Source of the DNA: Chlorokybus atmophyticus
Taxonomy: Eukaryota > Plantae > Mesostigma and Chlorokybus algae
NCBI GenBank assembly: GCA_009103225.1
Contig: RHPI01001202.1
Location: 443,901 to 507,900 of the forward strand
DNA: 64,000 bases
Direction: 5' to 3'
Below, in pieces: positions 1-10,379 of this stretch (within the stretch, counting starts at the first letter, position 1; every line of letters starts with the position of its first letter). A program made the translations under genes and the position numbers. Below the pieces are notes generated by a model. It saw only the letters and a program-made list of their open reading frames with translations. It was not told the DNA's origin and did no database searches.

Positions 1-2300
1 GACGCGACGAACGGATGGGGCGTTGAGGTTGTCATTGATTGCATCAGCACACCAATCGGCAGGAATAACCTTGCTCTTGCGCCAGCAATTGCGTATGGTA
101 GAAGGAGTGAGCTCCATCCAAGCTTCACGGCTCCACATGACGGCGTCGCGCACATCCACTTTGGTTTTGCTGAGGTCGGAAGTGGGGTTGGCGTCAAACT
201 CTGCAAGCATGTGTGCAACCAACTTCTTCTTGTACTTGCATAGCAATGCGTAAGACTCGAACATATCCTCACAAAGTAACGTGCTTTGCTCACATGATGT
301 CAAACCTTACCTCATCTTGAATGCAGCAATTATGCCCGCATCCAAGGGTTGAATGACTGATGTTGTGTTTGGAGGCAAGAACACAACGGTCAGGTGAGAC
401 ATAATGAGAGACTTGAAGCTGCCTTTTGTCCCCGACTTGGCTTGTGCGCAGATGTGCGTTGCTGCGTTGTCCATGAGCACCAGCACTGGTCGATTGGCAC
501 GGCGCATATCCTCATTGAACGCACATAACCACCGTGTAAACACCTGCATGCCATTGCTGAAAATCAGCACAGTTCAGACATGTGCGCGCGCATACACGCA
601 CACGCGCGCATGCACGCAGATCAGATGCATGACCATAATTGAATGCACACAACCACCACGCAAACACCTGCATGCCATTGAACTGGAACTCAGCACATCA
701 AACACGCACGCGCACGCACGCATGCACGCGCACGCACGCGCGCGCGCACACGTGCAGATCAGATACATGACCATAATTGAATGCACACAACCACCATGCA
801 AACACCTGCATGCCTGATTGAACTGGAATTCAGCACATCACACACATACGCGCACGCATGCGCACGCGCGCGCACGCGTGCAGATCAGATGCATGTCCTT
901 GAAGTGAATGCACACAACCACCATGTAAGTACCTGCTTGTTATGATGATCAGCACAGCTCACACATACATACATGCGCACGTATGTGTAAGCTGATTTGC
1001 ATGCATGCGTACGTGCGCGTGCGTGCGTGCGTGCGCGTGCAGATTAGCACACCATGTACACAAGCACAGCATGCAGTGTCATGAAGATCAGCACAGCTCA
1101 CACATACATACGCGCATATATGTGTGAGCTGATCTGCGTGCGCGTGGGCGTGTGCATGCATGCATGCGTGCGTGTGCGTGCAGACCAGCACACCATGTAC
1201 GCACGCATGCAATCAATCAGTGAGTGCACGCCAATCAGTTGCATGACAACGCACCTGGTGTGTCATCCACGCCGTTGAGTTGTACTCATAATTCACTCCA
1301 ACTCGGTGAGGGTGCGAAGTTTTGCCAAAGCATCTTGGCTGCTTGGACTTGCCAATGAACAGCAAAGGACGCTTCTCCGTGCCGCTTGCATTTGTGCACA
1401 AGACAACAGTGCATCGATCCTTGTGCTTTTTCATTCTGTAACAAACAACACAATTAAGCTATGCTCATTAGCTTGGCTGTGCAGCTGCAGTGCACTGAGC
1501 TTTCTTACCCACGAGCGTCCAAGGCTGCAACTGCAAGCGTGCGACTTGGGCGTGCGCGGTAGAACAAACCCGATTCGTCCATGTTGAAAGTATTGTCGGG
1601 GTCATACTCTTTCAGGAGGAGAGGCAGCTCCGTCATTGCCAAGCGCACACCATCCATGTCAGCATCTCCTGCCTCTCCATGCAATGCATAAGCCTTGATG
1701 CCGTGACGCTTTTTGAAACCATTAAGCCAGCCCGAAGAAAATGAGAAGCTTGATGCTATGTTTATACCAGCGGCATTCCGTAAGGGCTCGTGCTTTGGCA
1801 ATTAAGACCTCATCAGTTAGTGTGGCCTTGCGCAACCGAGCTTGCCCAAAGCATGCATACAGTGCTGCTTCTGATTCAGGATAATGTGCTTGCCTAACCT
1901 TCTTGAACACTACACCACGCTCACCAGCCTGAGCTATAACCTCGACAATCTTATCCTTTGAACGCAAAATTCTAAAGAGTACTAGCTGGCTGAGTGTCAG
2001 CCGTAACTTGTTGTTGATCATAAGTAGCAGGTCGCTCTGCTTCTCGCCAGGGTGTGCGTCAACCAATGCAATGATTGCTTGCTTCTCATTGACAGTGTAT
2101 GCTCGACGCTTGATGCCCTTGCTGCACGCATACATAGACAATTATTACCTCACACCTGTAGAATGTCACACTTATAATCATGTTGATGCACAACTTACTT
2201 GCGACCTCCTCCACCACGCCCGCCGCGCTTTGCTGCGGCACCTCGTGCAGGCGCAGCGCTACTAGCACCAGCACCATCATGGGTAACTGGTTGACAACTC
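1..2300 (-). pseudogene. pogo-type DDE_1 transposase (HTH + CENP-B/Tc5 HTH + DDD domain), spliced, with a frameshift near 1778
   Basis: Exon translations include KRRAYTVNEKQAII, SFSFSSGWLNGFKKRHG, NTFNMDESGLFY, GMKKHKDRCTVVLCTNASGTEK, AWMT, VLMDNAATH, TTSVIQPLDAGIIAAFK and TIRNCWRKS, with GT-AG introns between them. One extra base separates KARAL from RNAAGINI. Confidence 0.85.
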
Positions 2301-2950
2301 TCGGCCGGTTAGTGCCACTATCAACCACTTTTGGCCCGCGGCCGTCTGCGTCAGTCCACTTAAGCCAACGGCAAACCCAACAGTCCAGAAAAAATATTTC
2401 AGGCAGCAACAGGCAGGCTCAGGCAGGCTCAGGCACCAGTCAGTCCCTCAGTCCTTAGTCAGTCACCGTGTAAAATTTGCGATGATCGCCTGCATCAAAC
2501 AGCGCCTCAGCCGAACCATGGCTGAAATCACTGTCGTCCTCCATGTCCATGTTCATGTTCATGAAGGGTAACGATGCACCATTGCCGCCGCCGCCCTCGC
2601 CTGCGCCTACGCCTGCGCCGCCCCCAAGGCGGCCGCCCAGCGGCGGCGCATCTCCGCCGCTTGACGCTGGCTGGCGTGCGCAGCGATGTCATGCAGCAGC
2701 GTCACGCAGCGGTCTTGTAACGCTGTCACATAATCGTTGCGTGACGCTGCGACGTCGACAGTACACTTCCTTATAAGTATGTTCCCTGCTAAAACTTGTA
2801 AGATTTTCGCCAAATTTAAATATGTTTATGTGGATATAAGTATTACTTATAACCAACAACATTTGCCAGGGAAACCATCGGTTCCCTAGAATATTATGTT
2901 TATAGGGCATCTATACTTACAAAGACGATACTTATAGCCCGAGTAGACTG
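1..2950 (-). mobile_element. pogo/Tigger-like (Tc1/mariner superfamily) DNA transposon; 5' end visible, 3' end outside the window
   Basis: Transposase exons lie on the minus strand. The terminus reads TA|CAGTCTACTCGGGCTATAAGTAT on the minus strand (element end 2950, TA at 2951-2952), the TA+CAGT pattern of pogo ends. Subterminal ATAAGTAT/ATACTTAT repeats occur at about 2773-2936. Confidence 0.85.
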
Positions 2951-5477
2951 TACATAAAACCAAAAAAGTGAGGAAGGCTGGCGGCTGCCGTGATGCTTTC
3001 ACCGCGTCACGCCGTTACCGCGTCATGGTGGCCACACGATTTGCTATGGCACCGTCATAGCCACATTCTGCCGCTGCAACAACACGTTGCCCTGTTCAAC
3101 CCGCCGCGAGGGAAATCCGCCGTTGTTGACAAGCGGTGGCATCGGAGGTGGCTCTAAGGCGACGTCCATAGTGGCGACAGCACCAACCAGGCCAGGCTTG
3201 GCTCGGGTGACCGGACCTTAAAGACTTCGCACATCCGGCGAATTCGACGAAAGTGAGTCCGTCAGCAAGGCGCACGCGATCAGGGCCAAGAAAGCGGCAG
3301 CGAATAGCAGGTGCGTTATTGGATGTGTGATGTTAGTGTGCGTGCGTTTTGCACTATCATGATGTGTGCTGCTACTGTTCGTTCGTCTTGTGTACATGAA
3401 ATCGAAGGTGTTAATGTGTGTGTGCTTCGTTCACGCGCTCTGTGTGTTGCATGGTGGGCTCAGCATGACCAGGTTAATGTGGCCACATCGTTGGCCTTGT
3501 GAATGCATACTCAGGTCTCGCTACTAAACAGGTCCATGCTTGCGCATAGATGTGCAGTTCCAAAACATGCATGCAATATTGAAAGACCTAAGGGTATGTA
3601 GTTGATTCGCAGGTGATTCCGAGTATCTGTTCTTTGTTGTTGCTTGTGATGTCATTGTGGCTTCGTTGAAAAAATGTGACCTTGTAAGAAGTTGGCGTCA
3701 AGAATCTAGTCAGCGGGTAGCAGGTGAGAGTGATGTGCGTGCGCGTGTGTTTGTGTGCGTGTAGGAGCATCCTCGTGCGGTGGCCCTCTTGTTGCTCAAT
3801 TCTTATTCAGATTATTCTTGTCGAGCTCAATGGGTAGCTTGATGTACTCAAAGGATTTTATCTTCTGAATCGAGGTTTTGCTTGCAAGCGCTAGCCCTTT
3901 TGTAAGGGAGTTGTATTGTGTTGAGTTGCTGTGTTTGTGGTGCAGTGTTTTGTTTTTCGCGATGGCCTTGAAGTTGAGGATTGTGCATAAGATTTAACAA
4001 TCTACGACGTAAACGATGGAAATAGCATTGCACAATGATAATTGCAGTTTTCAAACGCTTGTACAAATATACAACATAACTTTATTAGGGCTTTGCTGGT
4101 AAGTATAATGTGATATGCATTTAAGTATACAGCAATGTCTGTCGTTTATTTGGCGTAAAGAGCATACAGTTTATATTCGAGCATTTGTGGTAAGTTTTTG
4201 AGATAACGCAATGCGAGAGTGATTGTACTTTATAATTTCTTTGCAGCTAAGAAAAAAATGTCAAGTTTGTCATACATCCAATTGCAAGTATACACGCAAT
4301 TGCATGCGATAACGATACCTAAATTTGGCTATGTATAATTATGTAAATAAGGTGGGTTGTAAGTAGTGGCACGTGGTAATCACACTACACGGGGCTATCC
4401 GTCGAGGCTTGTATATGCCGCAGATAGCTCATAACCATAATAATTATGGTGACAATAACCACAATTCAAATTCTTAAAGGGCTCATGTGTATCCATTACA
4501 CGTGAGCCACTTGTCAAAAAGGGGATGTTATTGTCTCGCAATTTCCTTATGTGACCGGCGCAAAGCAGCTTACCAGGTAAGCGTTTGCAACCCATAGCGG
4601 TCATGTAGTGAAATAAAGCCGACCGACGACCCGTCGACCGCTTAAATCATCGCGATCGATCGGCATTAATCCGTTCGATCACTTTAATCGAACGGCGCTT
4701 GCTGCTGAAGCCGCGCAATGTCGCCAGCATCGCGGCTCACGGCGTAGGCGCGTTGCAGCAACCCCTGCTCGCGACTCCTAACAAGCCTTCCTAACTAGTG
4801 GTGCGGCCGGTGCTGATTAGTTGCAATCGTATCATCCGATCGCATTTGTCAATTGAATGTTGGATGACATGAACTGTCTCCCCATGTGCACATGCGGCCA
4901 TATGTGCCAATATATCGCCATGTTACCATAACAATTGTGGTATCATAGTAATGAGCTCATTATTGCCATTCTTTCTTATATTTCAGTAATTGCGGAACGT
5001 GGGGATGTATTTGTAATGGGTGAGATGTAAATGAGGTACATCCAGCGGCTTTGCCGTTATAGTTGCTGCGCAGCCAATAGCAGGCGGGCCGCACCTACTG
5101 CCGCGCAGCGAGTGGCTGTCAGTCGCGGATCAGTGATGGGCCATCACATGGCCCGTGTTCAAGCATGCTAAACAGCGTGCCCATTGGCTGAGCAGCGCAA
5201 TGGGCCTACCGCTCAGCTCCTCAGCAACAATAGCCGCTGAGCAACTGAGCACGAGCACGTGCACATGCAGCACTAAAAGTGCGGCGTATTGAAAAACCGC
5301 ACTAGAGCTTACCTCTCTGCCACCCAGGGCTGGCTCAACGGCGATGTGACAGCTGCCTCCGCCGCCGCTGAAAAGCCAGCCCGCCGAGCTGGCTCTGGCT
5401 GCTTCGTTACAGCTAAAGGCCAGCCTTGTACGACCTCCCTCTCCATAACCTTCAGCAGGGCGACCTCCCTGCAGTCG

Positions 5478-7146
5478 TAATTGTTGTTGTTATTCACAGC
5501 GCCCCTGGCGCTAACATTTGTTGCTCTGAGCGCTGTTTGACCCACCCACCCAACTCTGAGGGCCTGGGGGGCTCGCGCAAACCGACATAGTCGCCCATCA
5601 GCCGTCTGTTTATGACCACGAACGGACGGCTGTGCGCGCGCGACATTTGTCTAAGTGCAACCGTTGAATCAGTCCCGTTCAACCAGCCACGGGGCTGACC
5701 GTGCTGTGTTATCCCTTTGAGGATGAGCAGCTCAACAGCTGCTCTCTATTGCCAAATTTTTGTGAGCTGAGCAACGTTGATACACTTCATATAAAGCATG
5801 CAACAACAATGTTATCAGCGTGTATTGCTAGATGGCTACATCATGCAGCGACTCTGTATGTGTAGGACCTTGTGTGATGTCGGCCGCCCGCACCACTTGA
5901 AGTTCTCATGTAGCTAGCAATAAACTGCTTTTAAATTAATTAATCAAATGAGTTCGTACCATACACAAAAAGTAGCAGCGCCGTAACGTTGCAGTGCGTT
6001 ATTTCAATTCCTGCGTAAGTTTAGGCAATGACATCGTTAAAGCGCCACAAGGTGAAAATATTATTTAGGGTAAGTGTACCATTCTTCACATCGGAAAATC
6101 ATCTACATGAAACGGCGCAACTTTCTCTCCAATCTGTGGTTTATTTGGAGCAGTGTAACGCCGGCTATGGCCTGGCACAGAACGACGGCAGCACAGCCAG
6201 GCATCAGCCGTACTGATTCTCAATGTCGGACGACCGATGCCCACCTGCAAGAATGGCCGCCGGTTGCAACGAGCAAACAGAAAAATGCTCTTCCTATCAA
6301 GTTAGGTACGGCGTCACTTGCAGGTCACAAACAGTGTCGCACTGCTAACGTAATTGTTGTTGTTATTCACAGCGCCCCTGGCGCTAACATTTGTTGCTCT
6401 GAGCGCTGTTTGACCCACCCACCCAACTCTGAGGGCCTGAGGGGCTCGCGCAAACCGACATAGTCGCCCATCAGCCGTCTGTTTATGACCACGAACGGAC
6501 GGCTGTGCGCGTGCGACATTTGTCTAAGTGCAACCGTTGAATCAGTCCCGTTCAACCAGCCACGGGGCTGACCGTGCTGTGTTATCCCTTTGAGGATGAG
6601 CAGCTCAACAGCTGCTCTCTATTGCCAAATTTTTGTGAGCTGAGCAACGTTGATACACTTCATATAAAGCATGCAACAACAATGTTATCAGCGTGTATTG
6701 CTAGATGGCTACATCATGCAGCGACTCTGTATGTGTAGGACCTTGTGTGATGTCGGCCGCCCGCACCACTTGAAGTTCTCATGTAGCTAGCAATAAACTG
6801 CTTTTAAATTAATTAATCTAATGAGTTCGTACCATACACAAAAAGTAGCAGCGCCGTAACGTAGGGTAAGTGTACCATTCTTCACATCGGAAAATCATCT
6901 ACATGAAACGGCGCAACTTTCTGTCCAATCTGTGGTTTATTTGGAGCAGTGTAACGCCGGCTATGGCCTGGCACAGAACGACGGCAGCACAGCCAGGCAT
7001 CAGCCGTACTGATTCTCAATGTCGGACGACCGATGCCCACCTGCAAGAATGGCCGCCGGTTGCAACGAGCAAACAGAAAAATGCTCTTCCTATCAAGTTA
7101 GGTACGGCGTCACTTGCAGGTCACAAACAGTGTCGCACTGCTAACG
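5478..7146. repeat. Near-identical tandem duplication: unit 1 5478-6350 (873 bp), unit 2 6351-7146 (796 bp)
   Basis: The units match on direct comparison. Unit 2 lacks 77 bp (about 5990-6066), and the junction has CG microhomology. Confidence 0.95.
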
Positions 7147-7811
7147 GGCATGGCCGAGCCCAGTCGGGCAGCATCGATTGAATTGCAGGGGACCGAAGTT
7201 AGGTACACTTACCTTACCGCCCGGGCGACGGCGAAAGAGAAACGGCAGATCTCGTGTCGCGCGCATTGTCGGCACAGCGCGGCAGTTCCGCGAAAACGCG
7301 TTCTAAACAGCGCGTTTCCATTGGTACGAGGTTGGGTGCCCCCATTCCCCCAAAAATACTTTTAACCCATCCTGTTGACAACAATCACACTCTGTCACAA
7401 TACAATTATTGTTATTGTACTTGATGTCGTTTCGGCGGCCGCCAATATATCTGCCGAACAAGTTGATAACAATACTACTTACTCGCATGTTGCGTGCTTG
7501 ATAAATATTTCATGATGTTTTGCAAAAACCCGTTAAAGGGCTGTCTATTATTTGGTATTGACATGTGTAAAACAAGCCATGTACTTTGTATAGCATGCAA
7601 TTTTACAAGATGAGTAAGCTGCTTAATATATCGTTCTTGATTTGATAGCATGTTTAATAAGTATATAGTGTAACTTGTGTAACTGCTCAAAAGACATCAG
7701 CCTTTTTTAAATCAATCATATGTTAATGTACATTATGTTAAGTATGCAACATACATTTGTTTGCAGATGTAGAGAAATGGGAATGCAAAGGGGACGGGAA
7801 GGGGGGAGAGG

Positions 7812-7977
7812 GAACAAACCCGATTCGTCCATGTTGAAAGTATTGTCGGGGTCATACTCTTTCAGGAGGAGAGGCAGCTCCGTCATTGCCAAGCGCACAC
7901 CATCCATGTCAGCATCTCCTGCCTCTCCATGCAATGCATAAGCCTTGATGCCGTGACGCTTTTTGAAACCATTAAGC
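7812..7977 (-). repeat. 166-bp exact copy of transposase segment 1562-1727 at a gap edge
   Basis: The sequence is identical, ends at the N gap and begins after a G-rich tract. Confidence 0.9.
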
Positions 7978-8579
7978 NNNNNNNNNNNNNNNNNNNNNNN
8001 NNNNNNNNNNNNNNNNNNNNNNNNNNNNNNNNNNNNNNNNNNNNNNNNNNNNNNNNNNNNNNNNNNNNNNNNNNNNNNNNNNNNNNNNNNNNNNNNNNNN
8101 NNNNNNNNNNNNNNNNNNNNNNNNNNNNNNNNNNNNNNNNNNNNNNNNNNNNNNNNNNNNNNNNNNNNNNNNNNNNNNNNNNNNNNNNNNNNNNNNNNNN
8201 NNNNNNNNNNNNNNNNNNNNNNNNNNNNNNNNNNNNNNNNNNNNNNNNNNNNNNNNNNNNNNNNNNNNNNNNNNNNNNNNNNNNNNNNNNNNNNNNNNNN
8301 NNNNNNNNNNNNNNNNNNNNNNNNNNNNNNNNNNNNNNNNNNNNNNNNNNNNNNNNNNNNNNNNNNNNNNNNNNNNNNNNNNNNNNNNNNNNNNNNNNNN
8401 NNNNNNNNNNNNNNNNNNNNNNNNNNNNNNNNNNNNNNNNNNNNNNNNNNNNNNNNNNNNNNNNNNNNNNNNNNNNNNNNNNNNNNNNNNNNNNNNNNNN
8501 NNNNNNNNNNNNNNNNNNNNNNNNNNNNNNNNNNNNNNNNNNNNNNNNNNNNNNNNNNNNNNNNNNNNNNNNNNNNNNN
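7978..8579. other. Assembly gap (others at 17834-18170, 26023-26372, 63805-63960)
   Basis: Runs of N. Confidence 1.
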
Positions 8580-10379
8580 GGGGGGTGAAAACATTTGAAA
8601 TAACATGTTATTATTTACTATATGTTTATTATATGATAATTACGTAACTGCCATGTCCAACAATTTTCAAGTTAAGTGTCTCGACAGTACAAATGCACAA
8701 GACTTTGCACAAATTTTGGTATCAAGCGCTTTATGTTATCAAGCAGTCATTAATGCTACATCATCTTACCCGTGCTCACGACATCGAACATGCAGCTTTA
8801 ATAAATACGGTTGATGCAAATTGTTGCTAATTGCGTATAAACCATTATGTGCATTATGTACTCTATAAAATGAAGTGCCTATATGCATTGCTGATTCTAT
8901 TATAAGGGCAGATCGTACTCTACATATACTCAATACCTATATATTACATTGTGCGAAGTGTACTTTCATTTATATTAGAGCCAAAAGCGATATTCGTAAT
9001 GAAGCTCAAGTCGCAATTGCTTTATTTTATATTTTCTCATTGTATGCTCAATGAGGTGTTCGTTCAAGTTTAAGGTCTGCGCAATACACGCAACGTGTTC
9101 AATTGAATACGCTAATTTATAATATAAGAGTGTTTGTTTTTAATTTAAATTTGAATACTGCTCAGATTGGTTTGCAGTTTTAGAGCACGACGTTAGTCAG
9201 CATGTTGAGCCGTTCGTGTGCATGCACAAACTGTTGTAAGTAGGTAATGTTGTAGGTAGGTAGGCCTACTGTTGGCCGTTTGTTCTCATGGCTGTTCAAG
9301 TAAAGTACAAGGGCCCTTTGAATTAAGGCTGTTACCGGTAAGCTTACACGCGCATGTGGCTGTGCCAATGCATTCATGCACTAGGGTTCGCAGGCATCTC
9401 ACCACGCGCTGCCACCTGGCCTTCTCTGCGGCGTAAGTTTTGCTGCTCACAGCGCATTTGAAAAGTGCCACTTAGGGTTACCTTATGTACGCAGCACTTA
9501 TGGCGAGGGGTGGGCGCAGTGCGGACACGTTGAGCACGACTTGACTGACCGCGCCCGTCACCTCAAAGTCAATCCAGTCCGTTCATACCAGTAGCTTCAA
9601 GACTAATGACTCTAGGCCTATAGGCCTGTCTAGACTCTAGAGGCCTATTGACTCTCAACATATGCGGCACATTTGCATACCGTCACGGTTCCTAGGACCT
9701 CTTCGACGGTAGCATGGACGTGGGTTGCATGCGCCGTGCAAGTTGCTTGGTGCAACGTGTCATCCAACTAGCTGTCTAGCAGCCTACCATGCATGCTGCC
9801 GCGTCCTTGCAAACTGCTTTGAGCACGGTTAACAAACCTTGACCTTGGGCAGTAGCCGCCGCCCTGACCGTCCCGTATCCGGTACTGCAATGGTACAAAG
9901 GTTAACAGTTGACGGCAGTACAATGCAGTGCACGGTTAGCTCTGGTCGTAAATGCAACCGAGCTGCGAGCGCGTCTCATGAAAAGCACCGAGAGTGTCAG
10001 GGAGTGTGTCTGTTGCTTCATGATTGCAAACGGGCATGCGAAAGTTTTTTTCCTCCCAGCTCAGCTGTCGTCTGCTGGCGATCTCGAGGATCGACTCGCC
10101 CGGTGCATGTGCGCAAACGCCAGTGGTACCTCGCGACGCCCGCTTGTCAGGAACTCCGCACAGCCGCAGCGCGCGTCACACGCTCCTATATGAGCGTCGA
10201 GTCAGTACATTCTACTGACACATTGCAAGCTTAGGGGCTGCTTGCCCCGCTCGCAGTGTGCAGTGCGCCGCGAGTGTGCGCGTGTGTCGCGTCCGGGCGG
10301 CGGCGGCGGCTGGTGAAGGTGGTGGTAGTGGTGGCATGCTGGTGTAGAGCTTGCTGTAGACGTCCTTGCGGCGAGCGAT

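Noticed and set aside
543-960. Regularly spaced repeats resembling a CRISPR array
   Set aside because: The repeats are degenerate copies of a splice junction inside a eukaryotic intron, the spacers are microsatellite, and no cas genes are present.
7716-8606. Long ORFs spanning N runs (also at 17.7-18.4 kb, 25.6-26.5 kb and 63.7-64 kb)
   Set aside because: These are artefacts of translating N as X.
9472-9482. TTAGGG telomere-like hexamers (also about 14200 and 6065)
   Set aside because: They are single copies, not telomeric arrays.
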